Notes: generated by a model from the letters alone, not told the origin. DNA of 64,000 bases from Sedimentisphaerales bacterium (GCA_963708075.1 OY970194.1:4384001-4448000); one strand, 5' to 3'; counted from the stretch's first letter, positions 50,904 to 60,930 are shown. Program-made: numbers and translations.

Positions 50904-53900
50904 TTACGGCTGCGAAGCCGCCGGGGCGGGTCGGCCGTAGGCGATGTCATCGATGTAGATCAGCCCCGTGGCCTTGGAGGCGGGCTTCGCACTGTCGCCC
51001 ACGCCGATGGTCATCTTCTTGATGCTGTTGGTCTTGACGCCGCCCGAGGCAAAGGTGCTCAACGGAATACTCCACGGCGTCCAGACGCCTGCCGCGACCG
51101 CATACGGATCGGTATTGACCACCGTTGCCTTGCGGCCGCCGCTGTCTTCGAGCGTCACGTAGAGCGTATCCGGCGCGTTTCCGGCCGGCTGCTCAATGCC
51201 GAGGGATGCCGACTGCCACTGCCCGGTCACATTCCCCGTGGTCGCCACATTCGAGAACTCCGCCTGGGTAACCACCCCGGTCGCATGGCTCGTGACCGCC
51301 AGGCCGATATAGACGGTGGCGCCCATGATGATCGTCTGGGGGTTCCAGACCATCGGCGTCCACGTGGTGACCGTCTCGCCCGCCGCATAGTAGCCGGTGA
51401 ACTGATCGCCTTTACGCTCGACCTTGACCCAGGCAGGCGTACGTACGGCCTTTTGGTCATCGGTCGCTACAGGCGTGTCGCTGGTGGCGCCGCCGCCCAG
51501 AGTCAGCCGGGCCCGGAAGCGGGCGCCGTTCTGACCGGCCCAGACCACGTAGGCCCAGGTGGCGGATGCGTCCAGGGTCCCCCGGATCATTACACCCGCG
51601 TTGGCCCAGACATTCGTATTATCGAGACGATCGACTCTGGCGATGATGGTGCCGTCGCCGGTCAGTTGTTTGTAGACGAACCGGCCCTCGTCGGCGGTGT
51701 TGTAGATGTCCGTGCCCATGCCGTTCATCAGAAAATGGTCAGAGGACAGCTCCAGATAACCAATCGGCTCGCCGCGCAGGTACAGGACCAGCGTATCGGC
51801 GGCATTGGTGGCCCAGTTCTGAGCCGTCGGCCACGTCCGCTGCGCCTCCGAGGAGGCGATGCTGCTGTTGTCGTAGTACACGGGCATGGATTGCTTGCCG
51901 CCGTGCATGATGGCGGTCTCCGCGATCGTTTTACCGTAGTGCGGTCCGCCCGTGGTCCAGATATCGTGTCCTACGGCTGAGCCCGTGCCATTGCCCGGGT
52001 TGCCCGTCGGGAAGAACTCGTCCTCCGAGAAGCCGTACCCATCGATCCACGTCTGGAAGAGCCGCGTAGGAGACTCGTTGGTGTAGCTCTCAAAGTCTTC
52101 AATGGCCAGATACTCGGCCGTGGAGAAGCTCCAGATGTCGCTTTCCCAGGCGGCGGGGCTGGCGGCGTCGTTGACCTCGACCACCTTCCAGTAGTAGGTC
52201 ACCCCAAATTCCAGCGAGGAAGGAGCATAGCTTGCCTGGCCCGGGGTAGCGGCGGGAACCGTGCCATCTGCGACCGCCTGCCGATCCGTGCCCAGGTAGA
52301 GCTTATGCGAGACGGCCTCCCGCCCTGCTCGCCAGCTCAGCGTGACATCCGGATTCACGCTCGTGGCTCCGGAGGCCGGGATGGGCTCCCGCGCATGCGA
52401 GGGAATGTAGAGGAATCGCACCTCGCTCAAGCCGAATTGCTGCGAGGACCCCCAATTGCTCTTGACGGTGAGCCGGACGTACCTGGCCGCCACACCGGCG
52501 AAATCGACGGTCGTGTTGTGGTCGTAGCCATTCGCGGCCGGCGCCTGGGCAAATTGGAGATCACCGAGGCTCGCCCAATCCGTGCCGTTCACCGAGTACT
52601 CCACGCTGACGTCCTTGAACCCGAGGCCGAGGATCGGCTCGAAAAATGTATTGTAGTTCCAGACCCACATCTCATCGAGTTTGTAGACTCTGTCGAACTC
52701 GTACTGTATCCACGCGGGCAAGGCCGCGCCCGTGGCAGTGAGCCACGCGGCTGTGTCGGCCATCGAATGACGGTCATTCTCATCCAATCCGGAGCCATTG
52801 ATCGTGTTCTCAGGGCCAAACGACGCGTGGACACTGGACGCCGAGGCGGTAATCTTCGTCACAGGATACGTGACTGGCTCGGCGGTGAAACTCCAGACGG
52901 GACCTTTGACGATTGTCGTATCCGGCGGTGCATTGACCTCATCGATGCGCCAGTAGTAAGTCTGACCGAACTCGAACAAGCCTGCGGGGTCGTACGTGTT
53001 CGCATCCTGGCCCTGGCTCACAAGCACGCCCAGCGGAAGAGCCCTGCCGGCGCCGGCAACGTCATCGGGATTTGTGCCGAAGTAGACATCCTCGGTGGCG
53101 GCAAACTTGCCGGAGGTCCAGGTCAGCACGGCATCGCGGCGGACATCGACCGCACCGTCTCCCGGGATGGGCCCCGAGGCGGCTCGCTCCTCCATGATCC
53201 CGAGCAGATACTTGATCGCGTTGGCCATGATCTTCTTGCCATTCTCGGTGAGGTTGAAGCCGCCCTGAACCGTGGCCCCGGACTCCTGCGTGCAGCAGGC
53301 GAACAATAATCGCTTACCTCCAGGTGTCCCGGGCGAACCCGCGTAGTAGGGCGTTCCGGGCTCCCACTCCACGATCCAGGCATTGGTCCCTGTGGCCGTC
53401 TTGGCGAGCAGCTTGCCGCTGCCAACGTCAACTGTGCCGTTAAACGATGTCTGGCCCGTGCCGGTGGTCCCATCGACCGCATCGACCTGGTTGCTCGCAT
53501 TCAGCGAAACCCCCTTGAAGATGCGGTGCGTGGGTTCCACAACCTGCATCATGGGAGCGGTGAGGTTGTTGATGGCGGCGGAATTGAGCCAGTACCATCG
53601 ATAGTTGCTGGTGGTCCCGCGAGCCATGTACGAATGCACCAGAATCATAGGCGGTTTCAGGCCGTTCCAATCGGCGATCTCCGCGGTGCTGTCATCATAG
53701 TTGCCGCTGCTGACGGAACGACTGAAGACGATCAGATCCGCCGCATTGAGTTCCGCGATCTTGGCGGCGTCGAGGGCGGTCCAATTGCCTCGCCGGACGT
53801 CCACCTGGTGCCCCTGAGCCTGGAGAAACTCCTCGAGGCCAAGGTCGTCCTGGATACCGTCTGCATTCGTATCGCGCGTCTCAGTCACCAGGATCACGTT

Positions 53901-53969
53901 GGCGGCCGGAGCCGTCAAGCCCATACATAGACCCAGAACAGCAAAAAGAACGATGGCTCTTTTACACAT
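50904..53969 (-). CDS. Secreted modular protein, paralog D
   Basis: AGGAGG RBS; signal peptide; distinct alpha/beta N-domain; same Ig/discoidin/FQTWIDG core. Confidence 0.8.
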   Translation of the reverse strand: MCKRAIVLFAVLGLCMGLTAPAANVILVTETRDTNADGIQDDLGLEEFLQAQGHQVDVRRGNWTALDAAKIAELNAADLIVFSRSVSSGNYDDSTAEIADWNGLKPPMILVHSYMARGTTSNYRWYWLNSAAINNLTAPMMQVVEPTHRIFKGVSLNASNQVDAVDGTTGTGQTSFNGTVDVGSGKLLAKTATGTNAWIVEWEPGTPYYAGSPGTPGGKRLLFACCTQESGATVQGGFNLTENGKKIMANAIKYLLGIMEERAASGPIPGDGAVDVRRDAVLTWTSGKFAATEDVYFGTNPDDVAGAGRALPLGVLVSQGQDANTYDPAGLFEFGQTYYWRIDEVNAPPDTTIVKGPVWSFTAEPVTYPVTKITASASSVHASFGPENTINGSGLDENDRHSMADTAAWLTATGAALPAWIQYEFDRVYKLDEMWVWNYNTFFEPILGLGFKDVSVEYSVNGTDWASLGDLQFAQAPAANGYDHNTTVDFAGVAARYVRLTVKSNWGSSQQFGLSEVRFLYIPSHAREPIPASGATSVNPDVTLSWRAGREAVSHKLYLGTDRQAVADGTVPAATPGQASYAPSSLEFGVTYYWKVVEVNDAASPAAWESDIWSFSTAEYLAIEDFESYTNESPTRLFQTWIDGYGFSEDEFFPTGNPGNGTGSAVGHDIWTTGGPHYGKTIAETAIMHGGKQSMPVYYDNSSIASSEAQRTWPTAQNWATNAADTLVLYLRGEPIGYLELSSDHFLMNGMGTDIYNTADEGRFVYKQLTGDGTIIARVDRLDNTNVWANAGVMIRGTLDASATWAYVVWAGQNGARFRARLTLGGGATSDTPVATDDQKAVRTPAWVKVERKGDQFTGYYAAGETVTTWTPMVWNPQTIIMGATVYIGLAVTSHATGVVTQAEFSNVATTGNVTGQWQSASLGIEQPAGNAPDTLYVTLEDSGGRKATVVNTDPYAVAAGVWTPWSIPLSTFASGGVKTNSIKKMTIGVGDSAKPASKATGLIYIDDIAYGRPAPAASQP

Positions 53970-54120
53970 GGCAGTCCTCCTGCGGGAACGTCAAGACAGG
54001 TCTTCTTCCAGACGAAGTATCATTGGAAATGAAGTCAAAGACCACACCTCACCTCACAACCCTCTCTTCCAACCTCAACTCAGCGTATCAGGGGCAGCGA
54101 TGCTCAACCCTGGTATCGAT

Positions 54121-54149
54121 ATTATGACCGCACCCGCTCGAAAAAGCAA
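54121..54149 (-). promoter_or_regulatory. Candidate sigma70 promoter for paralog D
   Basis: TTGCTT-17nt-CATAAT. Confidence 0.35.
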
Positions 54150-54306
54150 GCCCAAAGAGGGCAACCCTGTGAGTTGAAGGGCCCTGGGAATTCGTGATTT
54201 CCCTACTGGGAATCAGACATTTTCCTGTGTGCCGGTGGCAGAACTCCGCGCCATCATCCAGGGTAGTGCTTAATGGACAGAGTGTCTAGACAAAAGGAGA
54301 AGAACG

Positions 54307-54789
54307 ATGAAACGACTTGGTGCATTGATATTGCCGGTGGCGATGATTGGGCTGTTTGCGACGACTGCGAAATCAGCAGATGACTATCCCTATACCTATC
54401 CGCAGCCCGGCTACTACTACTATTCGGACATCGATCTGATCAGCAGGGAGGCCGATGCGATCAGCGAGGTCCTGAGCAAGATCAGCAGCCCCGAGCGGAG
54501 GAGCCTGCTGGCCGAGCAATGGATCCAGTTCTCCAGGCAGAGAATCGCCAAGACCGACGACTTCCGCGAGGAGTGGCTGAATCTCCAGAAGCAGCAGACG
54601 GCGAATCAGCAGGATGCGCAGCAGGCTCGCGTCGAGATGCTGAAGATGGAGGGGGAGATCGAGAAACTGCGAGCGCAGAACCTGAAGCTGCAGAACGAGA
54701 ATCTCCAATTGCAATTGCAGTTGAAGCAGCAGACGGGCGGACAACCCCCAACCCAGACCACGCGGGTACAGACTCCGCCGGCAAAGTAG
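54307..54789 (+). CDS. Secreted Gln-rich coiled-coil hypothetical protein
   Basis: AAGGAG RBS, signal peptide, heptad-like LKLQNENLQLQLQL. Confidence 0.7.
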   Translation: MKRLGALILPVAMIGLFATTAKSADDYPYTYPQPGYYYYSDIDLISREADAISEVLSKISSPERRSLLAEQWIQFSRQRIAKTDDFREEWLNLQKQQTANQQDAQQARVEMLKMEGEIEKLRAQNLKLQNENLQLQLQLKQQTGGQPPTQTTRVQTPPAK

Positions 54790-54825
54790 TATCCAGGCCT
54801 GAGGATATTGCCGGCTGGGAGCCGC

Positions 54826-56430
54826 TTACTCCTGCACGAGGACGGAAGCAGGGAGCGCGTCTTCCATTTTGAAGGCCGATGATGCCTTGCGCAAATCATT
54901 CCCCTGCAACAGAACGTCCCGGCTCTTCTCGCCGCGCACTTGAAGGAATGTCTGCGTTCCGGGCACCGCCCGGCAGCCGTGGATAAAGGCATCTGAGACA
55001 TTCTTAAGATCGACCACGGCGCCGTCGTCGTGCGGTGCGAGCGTCTGGAAGCCCTCGATCTCCAGGCCCACAATATTCTCGCAAATCAGGGCCGGGCCCT
55101 TCTTCGTGTTGATTCGCATGTCGTGGAAAGTAATGTTCTTGCCGTCCGTGCACGAGAAGCCCTTCTCCGCGTCGATGTTGATGTTCGTGAACGTGACGTT
55201 CTCGATGGGCATTTCCTCCAGGCCGAGCATGTAACCGGCGGCGGGCGCGCCTCGGACGATGACGTCGCTGAAGTGCATGTTCCGCAAGGCCGGCGTTCGC
55301 TCCGAGACCGGTTCCGGGGGCACTCTCTCGTAGAACATGTTTAGATCGAACGGGCTCCTCCGGATATTGCTCATCACGATGTTGCTGACGCGGATGTCCT
55401 CGACCGCCCCGCCGCGGCCGCGCGTAGTCTTGATGCGAATGCCGCGCTCCGTCCCGTCGAAGATGCAATTACTGATGGTAACCTTCCGCACGCCACCGGA
55501 CATTTCGCTGCCGATGACCACCCCGCCGTGCCCGTCGAGCATGGTGCAGTTGGTGACGGTGATATTCTCGCAGGGCCGCCCGACGCGCCGGCCGTCCGCG
55601 TCCCGGCCGGACTTGATCGTAATGCAGTCGTCGCCCACGCTGATGTGGCAATCGGAGATATGCACGTTCCGGCAGGAGTCGGGATTGATCCCGTCGGTGT
55701 TCGGCGAATCGTCCGGGTTCTTGATCGAAATGCCCGTGACGGTCACGTTGTCGCAGTACACCGGGTTGATCGTCCAGAACGGCGGGTTCTGCAGCGAGAC
55801 GCCCTCGATCCGCACGTTGCGGCACTCGAACGGCTGAATCATCGGCGGACGCAGAAAATTGCCCATCTGCTCCCACCGGGCTTTGGTGGGCGAATCAGGA
55901 TTCTTCTCCGCAAACATCTTCGCCCACTTGGAAGGCTCACCCTTCTTGTCCGCCGCCTCGGCCCTGGCCTTGCGCATGTAGTCCCACCAGGCCTTCCCCT
56001 GCCCGTCAATCCGCCCCCGCCCGACGATAGCAATATTCTCGGCCCGATACGCATAAATGCACGGCGAGAAATTGACGCACTCGGTCCCCTCCCATCGCGA
56101 CTTGACCATAGGCAGATAGTCATCGAAATCCTCGCTGAACTTGATCACCGCCCCGGCGTCCAGGTACAGCGTGATATTGCTCTTAAGCTGAATCGCCCCG
56201 GTCAAATACTGCCCCGCCGGAAAGTAGACGGTCCCGCCCCCCGCCTGCACCGCCGCATCGATAGCCTTGCGAATCGCCTCCGTATCCTTCGCCTGCCCGC
56301 TCCCCCCCGCCCCATACTCCCTGACATCATAAAACCCCCCCTTCCGTTCCGCCCCCACGCACCCAGCGCTGCCCGCCAGCACAACAACCGCCACCAACAG
56401 CCCCAACACGCACGAATGTCCAGCCTTCAT
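54826..56430 (-). CDS. GH28 polygalacturonase-family glycoside hydrolase (probable lipoprotein)
   Basis: NTDG, GDD, GHG, RIK catalytic motifs; GGGTVYFPAG; SAGC lipobox-like signal. Confidence 0.92.
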   Translation of the reverse strand: MKAGHSCVLGLLVAVVVLAGSAGCVGAERKGGFYDVREYGAGGSGQAKDTEAIRKAIDAAVQAGGGTVYFPAGQYLTGAIQLKSNITLYLDAGAVIKFSEDFDDYLPMVKSRWEGTECVNFSPCIYAYRAENIAIVGRGRIDGQGKAWWDYMRKARAEAADKKGEPSKWAKMFAEKNPDSPTKARWEQMGNFLRPPMIQPFECRNVRIEGVSLQNPPFWTINPVYCDNVTVTGISIKNPDDSPNTDGINPDSCRNVHISDCHISVGDDCITIKSGRDADGRRVGRPCENITVTNCTMLDGHGGVVIGSEMSGGVRKVTISNCIFDGTERGIRIKTTRGRGGAVEDIRVSNIVMSNIRRSPFDLNMFYERVPPEPVSERTPALRNMHFSDVIVRGAPAAGYMLGLEEMPIENVTFTNINIDAEKGFSCTDGKNITFHDMRINTKKGPALICENIVGLEIEGFQTLAPHDDGAVVDLKNVSDAFIHGCRAVPGTQTFLQVRGEKSRDVLLQGNDLRKASSAFKMEDALPASVLVQE

Positions 56431-56482
56431 ATCTCTGCTCCCCTTAATAGGTCCCACCATCTCCATCACACCGGCACTTCAA

Positions 56483-56873
56483 GGGTGGCAGCGGCAAGCA
56501 GAGCCTGCGCAGCTTGCCGATGGCTTCTCGGCGCCACCCAGCATCACTGGAGAATAGAGTATAGCCGCAGATCATGTCCCCCGCCAGTGTCCGGCCCGCC
56601 CGTTCGTAGTGTGCCCGTGAGGGCGGAAGAGAGTTCACAGTTGCCAGTTGTCGGTTGTCGGCAAGGTCCAGATGGCCATTCTGAGAACTGGGAACTGAGA
56701 ACTGCCAACTACAACCAACCGCCTCCCGGCGTCACCACGAACGACGCCGCCCCATTCCGCACTCCGAACTCCACATTCCGCATTCGAGCCGCCCCTCCCG
56801 CCCGCGCACCCCTCGTTCCCTCTACGCCATCCTCACTTCACAACCGAAATAAGTAAACTGTACCCGGAATTCC
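56483..56873. repeat. Mosaic of four repeat families
   Basis: GGGTGGCAGCGGCAAG element (~56483-56539); CGTTCGTAGT..ACCACGAACG doublet (56601-56743) enclosing inverted heptamers; (CATTCCG)-type run 56753-56787; degenerate GGGGAC-family element to 56873. Confidence 0.75.
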
Positions 56874-56912
56874 AGAGGTCTTCTCTGGCTCCGACATCCG
56901 CGTTCTGAGCCA

Positions 56913-58052
56913 TTACACCTGGCGCAAGTGAATCTTCTTTTCTGCCATGTCAATTGTACCTGCTGGGACACCAAGCTTGATCAGGTATGGCTTGGCCTCA
57001 AGCAATATCTTTAGGTCATGTGCGGTTCTCGCAAACTCGCCAAGGGTGAACGTGTTGAGACGCAGAAGGTTGTGCGGGCGAGTCAGAAGTAACGATGCGC
57101 GGAGTTCATTCAGCGCCCCGGCTTCGCCGCCATAGTATAGACAGTGAAATTCACGGTTTATCTTTCGTTGAACGCGCCATTCAGGTGTTTTCTCAGTCTC
57201 CAGCGCATCCATGTACGGCTCCATCAGAGCATCGTCAGAAGAGTAAGAGAGCGCGATGTGGAATCCGCGATACAGAAATGGTTCATCGTACTCGGGAAAA
57301 CGCTTGGTTAACGACTTTATCAGACTCGTATCTCGCTTTGCCATTTTGCCGAGAACGAACACGGCATTTTGCCGAGCGACGACACAGTCAGAATCCCCAG
57401 CCAAGAAGATATCCTGCAACTTCTCAATAACAAGATCGCGAGCATTTTTCTTCTGTGCCTTCAGTATCTCTACTATCCGGCTCATCTCGTAGTATCGAAA
57501 GGGGGAATTGAGTAGGAGTTGGGCACGATTTCGTGAACCATGCAACAGTTCGTATATGATAGCATCCACATCGCGCACAACATATACTGTGTGATCACCG
57601 CTGCGAACCGGTTTCATTCTCGCATCACGAATTAACCGTGCCTCGACCCTCTGTGCTATACGTTCCGCATCGGCCGAGCGCGATCGCCAATGGAATACGT
57701 CAAAGAGGAATTCTGAGTATTCACGTGGCAGCCTGAAGTCGCCAAGAACAACGATGCCAAGTGGGATAGCTTCGCGAATGTTAAGAATATCAGCGAGAGC
57801 CAGTTCGCTCTTGGCCACCGATGTGGGCGAGAGTGACAGTTCAGAAGCCAGGAAGAGGATGAAATTCGAGTCCACTAGCTGCCGACGTGGGAGTATGGGG
57901 TCGCCGATCTTCAGAGCACCGCCACATGAGTACCAAACACGGAAACGAGTCTGGAGTTTCCTAAATAAGTATTCTGATGCTGCATGGTCTGCGCAGCGAT
58001 GAGAGAGGAACACTGTCGCAGCCTTGAAGGGCGAGTCGAACATGTGAAGCAT
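56913..58052 (-). CDS. TIR-domain protein with helical (HEAT-like) C-terminus
   Basis: VFLSH..D...VWY...IGD..FILFLAS..S..VAKSELALA (TIR_2-like, with putative catalytic Glu); ARQNAVFVLGK helical repeat; AT-richer than its flanks. Confidence 0.7.
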   Translation of the reverse strand: MLHMFDSPFKAATVFLSHRCADHAASEYLFRKLQTRFRVWYSCGGALKIGDPILPRRQLVDSNFILFLASELSLSPTSVAKSELALADILNIREAIPLGIVVLGDFRLPREYSEFLFDVFHWRSRSADAERIAQRVEARLIRDARMKPVRSGDHTVYVVRDVDAIIYELLHGSRNRAQLLLNSPFRYYEMSRIVEILKAQKKNARDLVIEKLQDIFLAGDSDCVVARQNAVFVLGKMAKRDTSLIKSLTKRFPEYDEPFLYRGFHIALSYSSDDALMEPYMDALETEKTPEWRVQRKINREFHCLYYGGEAGALNELRASLLLTRPHNLLRLNTFTLGEFARTAHDLKILLEAKPYLIKLGVPAGTIDMAEKKIHLRQV

Positions 58053-58117
58053 ATTTGCACCTCGCAGAACTATTGGTCCGAGGGACAAGACCTATTCTCC
58101 AATCATGCATAGGACCG

Positions 58118-59125
58118 TCATGCGCGCAACGCTGATATCAGGTTGAATAGAAACATGTAGAGGCACACTAAACCTTGTTTGGCCTCCAATGCAGTCACAT
58201 CTGTATGAACGCCCTTAGATGCAGCAGAATTCAGTTTCCTTGCGACCGCCATTAGATGTTCACATTCAGCGAGTAGCAAGCCACTGGACGATGACTTCGC
58301 GAAGGTACTTGAAAGGAACTCCTGCAGGCGGTTCAGGTACTGCTCATCTCCCATACAACGCCCTTTGCCATCTGAGCACACAACGGTGTTAGATGACGGG
58401 GGATAAAAGTAGTCAGCGGCTGACTTTATGGCTTTGCGCACGAGCGTCAGGAGTAAGGCCATATCCTCGGGATCATGCGAATCAACCAGTTGGGTTGCTT
58501 TCTCAAGCTTTGTATAGACGTCCTCAGAGTGCGCCTTAAAATAATTGTTGACATCGTTTTGAAGCGATTGCAGAAAGGCCTCAGATTTGCTTTGAGTTTC
58601 CATCTGCCTTTCCAACTGAATCAAGTAGTTCAAGCACCTTGTCTTGATGCGGTCTTTGATGGCTTGAACTGCCGCTATTTGAAGCCTGAGAGAAGCCTTC
58701 CGTGCGTTATAACGGTCGGCAAAAGCAGCCGTGTCAAACGCCCCCATGCCGCCTGGGACGACCATATCCTGGATGGATTTCTCTATCTGATCGATTTCTG
58801 GATCTAATTCCCCCACTCCGAGCACAAAGACATTCTTCGACGGGTCATCGAGATTCACGTTCAAATCAAGCGTACGTTCTGCGATCCAAAGCTCTTGTGT
58901 CCTCTCCCACAAGGAAATCCGTTCTTTCTCTGTGAGTTTGTTAGTATCTTCACGGAAAGCTCGCTTCAACTGGGATACATCCGGGTAAAGCTCACGAAGG
59001 AATAGTGCGGCATTGAAGTAGTCTTTCAGATTTCTTGACACCCTAAGACAAACCATCACGCCTTTGGCTACATCGTCGCGGTCTATGTGGTCATAGGCAC
59101 TCTTTATTAATACAGGATAGTCCAT
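58118..59125 (-). CDS. AbiTii-like/HEPN-like helical protein
   Basis: CLRVSR.L.D...FLREL N-terminus; EDMALLLTLVRKAIKSAADYFYPP..GDEQYLNRL..ASKGVH..EA C-terminus. Family call is from recalled motif similarity only. Confidence 0.5.
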   Translation of the reverse strand: MDYPVLIKSAYDHIDRDDVAKGVMVCLRVSRNLKDYFNAALFLRELYPDVSQLKRAFREDTNKLTEKERISLWERTQELWIAERTLDLNVNLDDPSKNVFVLGVGELDPEIDQIEKSIQDMVVPGGMGAFDTAAFADRYNARKASLRLQIAAVQAIKDRIKTRCLNYLIQLERQMETQSKSEAFLQSLQNDVNNYFKAHSEDVYTKLEKATQLVDSHDPEDMALLLTLVRKAIKSAADYFYPPSSNTVVCSDGKGRCMGDEQYLNRLQEFLSSTFAKSSSSGLLLAECEHLMAVARKLNSAASKGVHTDVTALEAKQGLVCLYMFLFNLISALRA

Positions 59126-59287
59126 GCATATTCCCTAACCGGTGGTTCCGGGATAACGAAGTGGTGGCGCCACATACATTCGCACGCACCACACCTGCCG
59201 CAGAGCCAACCCACAGTCTGCACACCACAAGGCGTCAAGCATAGCTTTTCTCCCCGTGACAGCGCACATCGATCTGTGAATCCACAA

Positions 59288-60172
59288 TTACACAATAGAA
59301 CCAACTCGGCGCAAAGGCAAGGGACAAATGGGGAACGAAGCCGCATGGGTCAATTCCGGGGACAGGATAGAATGGCTCCGGGGAAGGTTCCGGGAGGGTC
59401 CCGGGGACACAATACCAATTTCCGGAGTGGATACCGGAGGGTTGGCCGGCAACTGGGGCTTTGCCCGGGTGATCTTGACGTTGTCAAATACGGTTCGGCC
59501 GCCCTTCCGGGGCCAGGCCGCCAGACAAATGTAGACCTTCGCATCCTCTTCCAGATCGGAAAAGAGCCAGGTCTGCGGTTCGCCGATGAGGACCATGTTG
59601 CTGTCGTATACACTGCAGACGCACCGGTACTCGGTGACACGCTGGATTTGCAGGGTCAGGGGTTGGCCCGGCAGAGGAGGCTGCGTCGAGCGCCCGAAGT
59701 TCTTTGCGATGCCGCTCTTGTTATTTCCGCTGCCGGCGCTGAATCCGTAATCCTTCCATACATAGTTGTAGTTGTACTCGAGGAACACGTAAGGGCTCTC
59801 GTAACCGACGATAAAAGGACTCTGCCTGGTCCTGGTCGTCAGATAAAGGCTGGACGTCGAATTACGCGTCGGGTGCTCCAGCAACTGGACGCTGACGGTG
59901 TCCCCCACGCCCACAGTGACATCGGCCGTCATGCATTGAGCCATGTCGTTGAAGATCAGGCAGTCCTGTTGACTGATGGGGGTGGGATTCGACGTATAGG
60001 AATGCAGCTCCCAGGTGGCCGTATCGACCTGATTTCCGTCGAAGGTCTCTATTTCCTGGATCACGAAGCCGGCCCGGACGTTGGAAGGCACCGCCGCCAC
60101 GGACAACAAGGTCAACGCCACGATTCCGGGCAGACTCCGACACGATCTCTTCATGGCTCTTGATGCGCTCAT
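59288..60172 (-). CDS. Secreted hypothetical protein (lectin-like beta domain); 3' end runs through repeat elements
   Basis: GGAGGTG RBS, signal peptide, ETFDG..W...FDNVKIT; the tail after STPE is encoded by GGGGAC-family repeat sequence. Confidence 0.55.
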   Translation of the reverse strand: MSASRAMKRSCRSLPGIVALTLLSVAAVPSNVRAGFVIQEIETFDGNQVDTATWELHSYTSNPTPISQQDCLIFNDMAQCMTADVTVGVGDTVSVQLLEHPTRNSTSSLYLTTRTRQSPFIVGYESPYVFLEYNYNYVWKDYGFSAGSGNNKSGIAKNFGRSTQPPLPGQPLTLQIQRVTEYRCVCSVYDSNMVLIGEPQTWLFSDLEEDAKVYICLAAWPRKGGRTVFDNVKITRAKPQLPANPPVSTPEIGIVSPGPSRNLPRSHSILSPELTHAASFPICPLPLRRVGSIV

Positions 60173-60295
60173 TTCGCCACCTCCACAAGAACAGATGTCC
60201 ATTCCGCACTCCATTCGCAGCCACGCGCCAGCCGGGTCGTCCACTCAATTCCCGGCTTTGCTGATCTCCACGTACTATTGTACCGTTGGCCGGGA

Positions 60296-60350
60296 ATCTG
60301 GGGACGCGATACTCAATTCAGAACCGAGATTAGTAAGCTGTCCTCGGAAT
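60296..60350 (+). repeat. GGGGAC-family imperfect palindrome
   Basis: ATCTGGGGACGCGATACTCAATT...GTAAGCTGTCCTCGGAAT; inverted copy at 61361-61418. Confidence 0.75.
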
Positions 60351-60423
60351 GATTCTCCACCAATCCCCCGGTGGTCTCATGCGAGTACGGCTTCCGGGGG
60401 CTGTAGAAATGATTCACCTATCG

Positions 60424-60930
60424 CTATCGGATGATGGGGGCCTTGTACCCCCGCGGAGCTGCGGCAGGGGTCGTCTGCGGGGCCTCTGTGGCCGGTGTCG
60501 GTTCTGTGTGCCCGGGATCAGGCAGCAGCGTCACGTTCACATCATGGATGTTCCACATGCCACCCGTGAGCGGGTCCACCACCAAGTATCCGATCAAGCC
60601 GCCAAAGATGAAATTGCCGACGAGATACCAGCCAGTTTCAAGGCCCTGCGGGACGGGTGCGACCTGCTCCTGGTATCCGTCCTTGCGGAATGTCACGGCA
60701 TAATCCCCGGCAGCAAAATAACCACCACCCCGCTTGAGGCTCACGTTCGTAGGTGTGACGCCATTCACAACCGGCTTTCCCCGCTTGTTGATCACCTCGA
60801 ACGATGCCCCCGGCGGCTCACTGGCGATATTCACCGTCTTGTGGCTGCCGCAGAAGATCGACGCGCAGCCAGATAGGAGTTGCACCGAAATAATCAACAC
60901 TAACACCCGCACGATACTCGCCTTTCCCAT
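60424..60930 (-). CDS. Lipoprotein with PEGA-like domain
   Basis: AGGAG RBS; LLSGC lipobox; IASEPPGA..GVTPT.V.LKRG..VTFRKDGY; GNFIFGGLIG..VDPLTGGMW. Confidence 0.8.
   Translation of the reverse strand: MGKASIVRVLVLIISVQLLSGCASIFCGSHKTVNIASEPPGASFEVINKRGKPVVNGVTPTNVSLKRGGGYFAAGDYAVTFRKDGYQEQVAPVPQGLETGWYLVGNFIFGGLIGYLVVDPLTGGMWNIHDVNVTLLPDPGHTEPTPATEAPQTTPAAAPRGYKAPIIR

Noticed and set aside
6936..53309. Long antisense ORFs (6936..8675, 24732..26849, 31901..33574, 35703..37151, 40926..42824, 43520..45280, 45356..46582, 52305..53309)
   Set aside because: Shadow ORFs opposite well-supported genes in GC-rich DNA, with no recognisable motifs.
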